From Octopus sinensis (taxonomy: Eukaryota), in the NCBI RefSeq assembly GCF_006345805.1, contig NC_043014.1, positions 22,258,001 to 22,322,000 of the forward strand: 64,000 bases of DNA, written 5' to 3'. The notes under the pieces were generated by a model that saw nothing but the letters and a program-made list of their open reading frames with translations, was not told the origin of the DNA and did not search any database. A program made the position numbers and the translations under genes. How positions within the stretch are numbered: the stretch's first letter is position 1; every line of letters begins with the position of its first letter. Positions 54,094 through 64,000 of the stretch are shown here, piece by piece.

Positions 54094-54170
54094 GCCAGTT
54101 TAGTCGCCGACGACCCGGCCATGTAACAGGTTGTACTGGACTACATGGTACCAGTAGCACTCAAGTGACC
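54094..54170 (-). ncRNA. Candidate HDV-like ribozyme at the RTE 5' end (degenerate)
   Basis: Minus strand: ccatgta..ccagt..aca-acc-tgt..tacatgg..gg..gtcg-tcgg-cgac..(c)taa..actgg, i.e. nested P1/P2/P3/P4 order; L3 short and G1 non-canonical. Confidence 0.4.
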
Positions 54171-54226
54171 TGACACTAAATAAAAATATATACTGTGTTC
54201 ATTAAACGATATTTATCTCTCACCAG

Positions 54227-54510
54227 ACGTCCGCTTTCCATGCTAGCATGGGTTTAACGTCCGCTTTCCATGCTAGCATGGGTTGGACGGTTCAACTGGG
54301 GTCTGGGAAGCTAGAAGGCTGCACCAGGCCCAGTCTGATCTGGCAATGTTTCTACAGCTGGATGCCCTTCCTAACAGCAACCACTCCGTGAGTTTAGTGG
54401 GTGCTTTTTACGTGCCACCGACATGGAGACCAGACGAAGCTGGCAATGGCCACGATCGGATGGTGCTTTTTACGTGCCACCAGCACGGAGGCCAGTCAGG
54501 GCACCGCTGG
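54227..54510 (-). mobile_element. Family C (RTE-tail) repeat with a 30-bp tandem duplication near its 3' end
   Basis: acgtccgctttccatgctagcatgggtt at 54227 and 54257. Confidence 0.85.
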
Positions 54511-54555
<45 letters not shown>

Positions 54556-54676
54556 ATATATGTATGTATATATAATGTGTATATATATATGTATGTATAT
54601 ATAATGTGTATATATATATATCTCTGTATATATATGTATGTATATATATATATATCTGTTTATATATGTATGTGTA

Positions 54677-55057
54677 TCTCTCTATATATAAACGGCAGTT
54701 TGTCTGTGCGTGTTTCTGTGTGTCTGTTTTCTCGTACCCTCACCCTGACCACGGCTTTCAACTGATTCTGATGAAACTTGACACACACATAGCCCAATGT
54801 CATACTTCAAAACTAACGCAAAGAAAATTTTGAAAAGTTCCCCCAGTTCTGAAAAAGATCGGTAAATTCGACATGGGGTCGACAATCAGAAACACAAATC
54901 ACAGGGGACGCAACTCGACCTTTTTAACTATCAAAAAAAAAAATTTACCATCATTTTTTTTCCCATTTTTTTTTGCTATTTTTTGGCTATAACTCTCTAA
55001 AAATGCTTTATAGTTATTTCCCTTACAAACCCGAGCAACGCCGGGCGATACTGCTAG
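54677..55057 (+). mobile_element. Non-autonomous Helitron, same 3' end as 2599-3358 but a different body
   Basis: A|TC start; ttatttcccttacaaacccgagcaacgccgggcgatactgCTAG|T identical to the first copy. Confidence 0.82.
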
Positions 55058-55271
55058 TATATAATATATATATATATCTGTATATATATGTATGTGTATA
55101 TATAATGTATATATATCTATATATATATAATGTATATGTATATATAATGTGTATATATATATGTATATTATATATATATATATAATATATATATATAATG
55201 TATATATATAATCTGTATATATATGTTATGTATATATATATATATATATCTGTATATATATGTATGTATAT

Positions 55272-55307
<36 letters not shown>

Positions 55308-55540
55308 ATAATGTATATATATATCTGTATATATATATAATGTATATATATCTGTATATATATAATGTATATGTATATATAATGTATATATATATCTGTA
55401 TATATATATAATGTATATATATATCTGTATATATATATAATGTACATGTATATATATATCTGTATATATATGTATATATATATATGCATGTATATATATA
55501 TATGTATATATATATATATGTATGTATATATATATGTATG

Positions 55541-55573
<33 letters not shown>

Positions 55574-55620
55574 GTATATATATGTATGTATATATGTATA
55601 TATATATATATGTATATATG
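55058..55620. repeat. (TA)-rich compound microsatellite
   Basis: tatatatctg / tatatataatg units. Confidence 0.95.
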
Positions 55621-55621
55621 T

Positions 55622-56856
55622 TTTTTTTTATCTAGTTTCAGCTCACAAGCTGTGGCCATGCTGGGGCACCGCCATTTGGTGTTGCTACATGATTTTACTT
55701 CACAAATGCTTTTTAGCAATTGCCATTTGGTGCATGAGAGAGTTTGATGCAGCTGCCCTCATCTGCACCTCCTGCCGTGAAGTTGGTTCATCTGGGACAC
55801 CTGACAAGAAGAGATCCAGTTTTATTTTAAAGACATCTGCATCCACCCCATGCAGGTCTCTTAGGTTCTTCGGGAGGATATTGAGGAGCTGTGGGCCTCG
55901 GAAGCCCAGGCTATCACAGTATCTTGTCCTACATCTTGATGGCAAATTTGGAGTCCTTGGCACTATGCAGTGGCACCCAGTTCTGGCATTTGTGTAACTC
56001 TCGATCCTTCTAGGATCTTCCAGATGTATATTATGGCATATCTTTCCCGCCTACGCTCTAAGGAATAGAGTCTTTCCCAATAGCTTATATGCTGCACAGA
56101 GGCTATCTTCTTCGTGTAGCTTCGTTGGATCGCCTCAAGTTCTGTGATTAACTTGACACTGGATGGTGACCATAGCTGAGAGCAATAGTCAAAGTGGCTT
56201 AGGACAAGTGTCCTCCAGAGGACCATCATGGTTTCCTGGTCTCTTGTTCTAAAGGTTCTAAGAATCCATCCGGTCAGCCGCCTACATTTCATTCCCAATT
56301 TAGCAAAATGCACATGAAAGGTTGCATCATCACTCATGTAAATACCCAGGTCTCGCACTGATTGTGCCTCTGGGATTGCAATCCCTCCAGGTCCAGTGTA
56401 TTTATTGGGTATTGAATTTAGTTTTGCATGCTGATAGCATAAAGCTTGAAACTTTTCAGCATTGAACTGCATGCTATTCTTTTCAGCTCACTTGTATATT
56501 TTGTCCAGCTCACATTGCAGGTGCTTAGTGTCTTCAGGGTTCTGTATTGCCTGTGAAACTTTTGTATCATCTGCATAACTTGTGATTGTGGCTCTCTGCA
56601 TGGTTGAGGGCATGTCTGAGAGGGCCATTATGAACAGTAGTTGTCCCAAAACAGTGCCTTGCGGAATACCGCTCACTATTTGCATGTTAATGGAAGTGGC
56701 CCCATTGGCTACTACCACCTGACTTCTATCCTTCAGAAAGTCATGAAGCCATTCTCCCAATTTTCCAACTATGCCAAGATCACGCAGTTTGTGACATATC
56801 ATTCCATGATCGACTTTATCAAAGGCCTTTGCTAAGTCGAGATATATGACTTCCAC
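55622..56856 (-). mobile_element. CR1/L2-group LINE, 5'-truncated
   Basis: [88 protein letters not shown]; A-rich tail. Confidence 0.92.
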
Positions 56857-56859
56857 ATA

Positions 56860-56872
56860 TACATATATATAC

Positions 56873-56926
<54 letters not shown>

Positions 56927-57721
56927 ATGTATATATATGTATATGTATTTATGTGTATGTATATAGGTATATATATATATGTATGTATATATGTGTATGT
57001 ATATAGTTATATATATATGTATGTATATATATGTGTGTGTGTATATATATATATGTATATATATATATGTATATATATATATGTATATATATGTGTGTGT
57101 ATATATATATGTGTGTGTGTGTGTATATATATGTGTGTGTGTGTGTATATATATATATGTATGTGTGTATATATGTATATATATATATATAATACTTTGA
57201 TAAGTTTTTTACAGAAAAAAATTTCATCAAAAAAGTGGCAGCATATTAAAATACCTTTAAAGGTTAAAATTATAAACAACTTATAAACAAGGGCCAAAGA
57301 AAATTATTTCTATGCCAATATGCTGATAACAGACTTTTAAATCGTCAATTTCCACATATTATTATACGTACTACAGAAATACGTTGTTTTTCATTTATTT
57401 CTATTCGTATTTTCTACTGAATAAGAAAAAATCTATTATGAGATTAATTCCGAAATTGATTCAATATAGAAATAACAAACTTTTTTTAAAAAATTCTGTT
57501 GGCTAGCTTTCCTCGATTTCAGCACAATATATTTCTGTAGTGGGTACAATAATATGTGGAAATTGACAATTTAAAAGTCTGTTATCAGCATATTGGCATA
57601 GAAATAATTTTCTTTTGCCCTTGTTTATAAGTTGTATATATATATATAATATATTATATATATATTATATATATATGTAGATATATATATATATATATGT
57701 ATTATATATAATATATGTATG

Positions 57722-57771
<50 letters not shown>

Positions 57772-58009
57772 ATATATATGTATATATTATATATATATAT
57801 GTATATATTATATATATGTATATATATATATATATGTATGTATATTATATATATATGTATATTATATTATATATATGTATATATATATATATATATATGT
57901 ATGTATATATATATATATATATATATGTAGTATATATATCTATATATATATATATATGTATATATATATGTATATATATATATATACATATTATATATAT
58001 ATTATATAT

Positions 58010-58060
<51 letters not shown>

Positions 58061-58104
58061 GTATATATATAATATATATATACATATATATGTATATATA
58101 TATA

Positions 58105-58164
<60 letters not shown>

Positions 58165-58165
58165 A
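56860..58165. repeat. (TA)/(TG) microsatellite arrays (56860-57192, 57635-58165)
   Basis: Direct inspection. Confidence 0.95.
57276..57635. mobile_element. MITE with ~105-bp TIRs
   Basis: acaacttataaacaagggccaaagaaaattatttctatgccaatatgctgataacagacttttaaat... is inverted at 57530-57635. Confidence 0.85.
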
Positions 58166-58199
58166 AGATAGAGGGAAAGATTAGGACCTTTGGTTATTA

Positions 58200-59060
58200 T
58201 GCAGTGATATCCAGTTTTGAGGGGTGGTTTAGCTTATTATTCCTAAGTTAGATGCTAAACTCTCCAGGATTTTCTATGTCTCAATGTATCTTTTGCATCT
58301 TCATTCTAGCAATTAGAGCCTCCTTCCCCAGTAGTTCATCTGTTGCACTGAAGCAATCTTCTTGATATAACAGTATTTGGATTACTTTTGAGCTCTACTA
58401 TTTGCTTGATGCTATATGATGACCAGCAATAATCTAGGACCAACATAGTCTCCTCTTTTCTTGTTCTGAGTAATCTCAGAATCCAACCAACCAGTTGCCC
58501 GTAAATTATTGTCATCTTACTATATTAATATATACAATCAGAATGATGCATCATTATGTGGATTCCCACATCACACACTGACTGTGACATTGGAATTGCA
58601 ATAACCCCTAGTCCTGTACATTTTGATTGAATATGTTTGTGGGGATCTTGAAAATTTTCAACATTGTACTGCATGTTGTTTTGCTCAGTCTACTTGTATA
58701 TTGCAATTAGGATGTTGTATATTGTATACTGCATTTAGTAGTTTTGCATCATCATCAGGGTTCTTGATTGCCTGTATTTCATATTATCAGCGTAGCTGGT
58801 GAAGGTGGTTGAATACATGACAAAGGACAATGTCTGAGAGAGCAACCACAAACATTTGTTGTTCCAGTACATTTCCATGAAGGACTCTGCTTTGATTTCA
58901 TGTCCCCTTAGTGACTTTTCAACTTAATTTTCCAACAATGCTGAAGTTACACATTTTGTAAGATATTGTCATCAAATTTATCAAAGATCTTGCAAAGTTG
59001 AAGTATATCACATTCACATTTTGGTGATATTGCTGTCTTAGTACCTTTGCAATACAGTAG
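58200..59060 (-). mobile_element. Heavily degraded CR1/L2-group LINE
   Basis: Minus NVIYFNFARSL...KMCNFSIVGKLS is homologous to [11 protein letters not shown]...KLRDLGIVGKLG. Confidence 0.6.
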
Positions 59061-59875
59061 TTGTATGAAACAACTTCTGCATGCATATATGTATGTATGT
59101 ACATACATACATGCATGCATATATACTCATACATATGTACATGTGTATGAGTGTATGTATATATATATATATATACGAGCAAAAATACTACAGGCACACA
59201 GACACATCTATTCACGCACATGCAGAGAGACACACATACTCACCTCATGCTAACCCCAAAATCATTGATACTTGAAGGAAAACCATAAACAGAAAAAAAC
59301 GGGTACATTTTTCTCAATTCAACATTTCTGCTAAAACGGACAGGTCAGTAAACAAACTCGCCTTGAATTCATAATATTCTGTACTGACCCAGAGATGTAT
59401 AGTATATTCATTTTAATTTTTTCTGCCAATTTTTCAAATATTCTCACCATACTGTTGTACTATGTTCTTTTTACCAAAGACTGTATATACATGTAATGTG
59501 ACAATTTGCAACAACCAATAATTAACGCAACCAAACTTCCAATAATATATTTGTTTTATTCTTTTCTGCCCCTTTTTTTCAAATATTCTCATCACACTGT
59601 TGAACTTCTTTATGCCCTTAACATGTCCCTGTTACCAAAGACTATATATATACATGTAATGTGGCAATTATGTAAAAAAACTTTTTTGAATTCATAATAT
59701 TCAATGTGGCAATTATGTAAAAAACTTTTTTGAATTCATAATATTCTATGTTACTTTTGACAATCTTTTTCCAAAGAGTGAAACTGGTTAAGTAAATAAA
59801 CATCTTTTAAATTGCATTTTCAAACCTTCTTTCGTATATAATTCCACTCGTGCGATACCCCACAACTCAACTTTG

Positions 59876-59922
<47 letters not shown>

Positions 59923-60010
59923 ATACACAGATGAATATGGTACTTAATTTGAGGTACCAGAATTTAGTATGGTATTATCCATACAATTTCAAAATAAGGT
60001 GATTAAAATT

Positions 60011-61096
60011 AAAATAAGGGACAAGGATATCCAGAGGTAGTGCAGTATGAGCATTTCAAGCAACTCCATTTAATTGAACAATGCAACCATCCTCAGCTGC
60101 ATAAAAACATAGAATTTAATAAAATTAAAACAGATGGACACATTAGTATAATTTTACCTAAAATCTCCAAGAAAGTAAGGAGATAGACAAAGAACATGCT
60201 GCCTTCACTTCAGCTTAGAAGCTACAAAGGTATCAGGAAGAAAGACTTGTTACAGATTTTGCTTGTCACTGTTTTATGGGGTCAGTTTTAATTTATGGAC
60301 AAGTTTTATCAAATCTTTGTATGTCTAAGGCTAAGAGAACAAGGAGCAGTGTCTGTTAGGAATAGTACTGACGAAGTCCACAGAAATCATAATGAGTATA
60401 GTCATAAAAAAAAAAACTATCAAGATTTATTAGAAGCAATATCATGAGATTTGGTAAAGGAAAACTTAAATCAAGATGTTAGCTGATAAATAAGCCCCCC
60501 CCCCCGGCCACTAGCAGACCATTGATAATGAAAGGGGGGGAAATCTTATCATGTAGTACTATAGTTAAATATTTTAAACAATATTGCCATATTGTATATT
60601 GAATACTTTTGAGTATATACCAAACTTTTACCACAATAGAGGGAGGAATAGAAATTATCTAGAAATAGTTTAATATTTATACATATTACATACTTAAATA
60701 CTAACTTATCAGATGGTGTCTGTGAATATTTATCAATTGGTATATACTGGTATTTAATAAAGGAGTACTGAGGTAAAAGAACATACTAACTATATATTAA
60801 TTAAATTATAATCTAAGCAGTTTAAAATCTGTAACAAGTCTTTCTTCCTAATACCTTTGTAGCTTCTAAGCTGAAGTGAAGGCAGCATGTTCTTTGTCCA
60901 TCTCCTTACCTTCTTGGAGATTTTAGGTAAAATTATACTAATGTGTCCATCTGTTTTAATTTAATTATATTCTGTCTTTATGCAGCCGAGGATTGCTCTG
61001 CATTTAAATCGATGTAATGGTTGCATTGTTCAATTAAATGGAGTTACTTGAAACGATCGTACTGCATTACCTCTGGATATCCTTGTTGCTTATTTT
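60011..61096. mobile_element. ~1.1-kb non-autonomous DNA element with ~250-bp inverted arms
   Basis: 60011-60260 is the reverse complement of 60824-61096 (right arm has a ~25-bp extra segment); the right side abuts a family C insertion. Confidence 0.85.
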
Positions 61097-61320
61097 GTGG
61101 CACATAAAAAGCACCATCTGTTGCCAGCCCCGCCTGTCCCCCTTGCTGGTGGCACGTAAAAAGCTCTCACTACACTCATGGAGTGGTTGGCGTTAGGAAG
61201 GGCATCCAGCCTTAGAAACATTGCCAGATCAGACTGGGCCTGGTGCAGCCTTCTGGCTTCCCAGACCCCAGTTGAACCGTCCAACCCATGCTAGCATGGA
61301 AAGCGGACGCTAAACGATGA

Positions 61321-61322
<2 letters not shown>
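61097..61322 (+). mobile_element. Family C (RTE-tail) repeat
   Basis: gtggttggcgttaggaagggcatcc...ggaaagcggacgctaaacgatgatgat. Confidence 0.85.
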
Positions 61323-61365
<43 letters not shown>

Positions 61366-62299
61366 CACACATACAAACATATGTACATGTGTGTGTGTGA
61401 GTGCATATATATGTCTATATGTGTAATGTGCATGTGCGTAATCTTTTCTTTGTCAATGATTTCTTCTAATTATTTTTCTTCTAATTTTTCTCTTAATTTT
61501 CTCTCACTTCTCTCCCTGAATTCGTTCAATTTTTTTTTTTAACTTTTAATTTTTCTTTCTCTGTTCCTTTTATATACTTTACATTCATCTCCATCACATT
61601 CTTCTTACTCTGCCATGTGCCTCACCAATTTTCTTTCCTTGTTGAACTATATTTTTTATACATTAGCATTGTATTGAACCCTCTTCTTCTCTTTCTCATA
61701 ACTTTCTTCCTCATTACAGCATCTCACACCCACACCTTTATGTACACTTCTGTCATCTACCCCCCACACACACATTTCTCTTGCTTTCCCATTTACCTCA
61801 CACTCACTCCCTCTCCCACTTCCTTCCATGCTTTCCTTACACATTTTAAAATTACCCACGCTCACTAATGCCTACATACCCTTCAACCTCTGCCACTATA
61901 CTCTCATTATTGCTCACTTCTGTGCATACACATGCCATGATACCACATACACATGACTCCTCCCCCCCTTATACTATCTCAAAATGTGGATACTCTCCTA
62001 TATGTGCTCCTTCTCTCTCACACACAGATGCACACACCTTCCTTCTACCCTTCTTACACCTCCCCAACAGATCTGCATTCCCACCTGTTCCCTAACCCCT
62101 CATTCACTGTTTTTTTTCTTAACCACTTTCCCTTCTTCATGCTTCTTTGCTACTCTTGTATTTCTCATCTGATGAAGAACTAGAGTCTAAAAAGTTAAGA
62201 CTACCTCTCTTTTTAAGTGTTAAACTAACACAATATTTGTTGAAACTTGTCACCTTTGCATTTCTCTTTTTGTTTTTGTTCATTGCCTTTGTTAATATA

Positions 62300-62680
62300 A
62301 CAAGGACTGCAGGTTTATTAAAGAGAAAAGCAGATAGATCTCTGCTTCTCTCAGGTAAATAGCGCTGCTCGAGGAAAGACTGAGGCAGGAATTCCATATG
62401 GTATACCCAGTGCAGACTATGGACACATAAGAGGTGCATTGGTATCACAGGAAGGTTAACAAAAAGATTAGTGTTTGTACATGTAAGATGTACTGGAGCT
62501 ATAAACACTAAGAACACACAGAAAATAGATTATCTTGAATGCCCTAGAAGTAGTAAGTAGTTTCAGTTACCTAGATAACCTAATTAGCAATGGAGGAGGA
62601 TGTTCTGAAAGTAAAGATATTAGAATAAAAATAGGATGGAGAAAGTTCAGAGAGCTATTACCTTTATTAGCTGCAAAAGC

Positions 62681-62761
<81 letters not shown>

Positions 62762-62830
62762 AGATTGTTTGATGCTTGTGTATGAACAGCAATGCTACAT
62801 GGTAGTGAGACATGGGCCATGAATGTGGAA
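62300..62830 (+). mobile_element. RTE LINE fragment interrupted by (CT)n
   Basis: SGK*.C.RK..GRNSI..TQCRLWTHKRCIGITGR; LEVVSSFSYLDNLISNGGGCSE..RIKIGWRKFRELLPLL. Confidence 0.85.
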
Positions 62831-63146
62831 ACTAGGGAAGAATGAATCTATCAAACTCCTTATCACCTCCTATCATTTTCAACACCTGTATTTGCCATCA
62901 TTCCCTACTCACTGTACACACCCTTGTGTATCCCAACATCTGCCTTTCCATTGCTCCTTCACTTTGCGCATCATCCCACTACCTTATGATCTATCCTCTA
63001 TCCTGAATTTCTGAGTGCTTAGAGGGAAACTGAAAAAACCCTGTCGTATATATATGTATATGTGTGTGTGTTTGTATTTGTCCCCCCACTGTCACTTGAC
63101 AAGAATAAAAGAACAAGAGAATATATATAAAATACATATATATATA

Positions 63147-63201
<55 letters not shown>

Positions 63202-63204
<3 letters not shown>

Positions 63205-63680
63205 TGCAGGAGCTTTTCTTACTATAGCCTTGGGCTGACCAAAGCCTTGAGAGTGGATTTTGTAGATGGAAACTGAAAGAAGACGGTTGTATATGTGTGT
63301 GTATATTTGTATCTGTTTCCTCCACCACCATCGCTTGACAACCAATGTTGGTGTGTTTACATCCCCATAACTCAGCAGTTCAGCAAAAGAGACTGACAGA
63401 ATGGGTACTACGCTCACAAAGAATAACTCCTGGGGTTGATTTGTTCGACTAAACTCAGTGCTCCATCATGGCTGCAGTCAAATGACCGAAACAAGTAATA
63501 GAGTGAAGGAGCATAAATATCTGAATAAATATTCTTTTACTTGTTTCAGTCATTTAACTGAGGCCATACTGGAGCATCGCCTTTAGTTGGGCAAATTGAC
63601 TCCAGGATTTATTGCTTGTAAGCCTAGTACTTATTCAGTCGGTCTCTTTTGCCAAACCGTTAATTTACAGGGATCCAACA
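63202..63680. mobile_element. SINE family B pair: 63202-63510 (+) and 63536-63680 (-), tail to tail
   Basis: gtgctccatcatggctgcagtcaaatgaccgaaacaag versus cttgtttcagtcatttaactgaggccatactggagcatcgcc. Confidence 0.8.
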
Positions 63681-63806
63681 CAGTCTGTGTTTGTTCCCTT
63701 CTAATTGTTGTTTCTCTTGCCTGCCTTCTATTGTCTATCTGTCCAAATGTTTTATTGTGTTCTGTTGCGTTTTTGTTCCATTTCTATATTTATATATATA
63801 TATGTG

Positions 63807-64000
63807 AATGTGCATGGCTCAGTGGTTAGAGCGTCGAGCTTACAATCGTGGAGTTGTGAGTTCGATTCCTGGGTCTGGCTGTGTGCTGTGTTCTTGAGCA
63901 AAACACTTTATTTCATGTTGCTCCAGTTAACTCAGCTGTAGAAATGAGTTTGCCTTTCCTTTGAATAACATCAGTGGTGTGGAGAGGGGAGGCTGGCATG
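63807..64000 (+). mobile_element. SINE family D with tRNA-like head
   Basis: A box tggctcagtgg, B box gagttcgattcc, then ttgagcaaaacactttatttc core shared with 13615-13932. Confidence 0.8.

Larger units (their letters stand above)
50224..54179 (-). mobile_element. Full-length RTE (BovB-like) LINE, disrupted
   Basis: TSD ATAAAAATATAT at 50212-50223 and 54180-54191; (TGA)n 3' tail; ~780-bp 5'UTR; APE endonuclease plus RT. Confidence 0.93.

Noticed and set aside
62166-62205. Hammerhead-like ctgatgaag...ctaaaa
   Set aside because: No GAAA and no closable stem I.
63812-63890. tRNA gene
   Set aside because: It has A and B boxes but continues into a SINE core shared with 13615-13932, and I could not close an acceptor stem.

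Overview
AT-rich animal genomic DNA. The SINE families, the (TA)n load and the LINE repertoire point to an Octopus-type cephalopod; this is an inference from recognising the repeats, not from a search. I found no host protein-coding gene I can identify, and almost all listed ORFs are microsatellite artefacts or transposon remnants. The window is mostly mobile DNA: a full-length but disrupted RTE/BovB-like LINE with a target-site duplication (50224-54179, minus), CR1/L2-group and Tx1/L1-like LINE fragments, a disrupted mariner, three Helitron pieces sharing one 3' end, a Helentron-type element, piggyBac-type and foldback MITEs, many tRNA-derived SINEs, and a 4-kb (TA)-rich array. The most interesting signals are RNA-structural. 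A well-formed type I hammerhead ribozyme fold lies in a Penelope-like repeat (3887-3956). A second repeat family carries a variant hammerhead core in two copies. A candidate HDV-like ribozyme sits at the 5' end of the RTE. A LINE and a SINE family share a compensated 3' stem-loop. A 756-bp foldback element carries telomere-like repeats. CpG decay alternates in blocks, which suggests an unseen methylated gene body between CpG-retaining islands. Coordinates were read by eye and repeat boundaries are approximate unless a TSD or TIR is quoted. SINE family labels A-D are my own.
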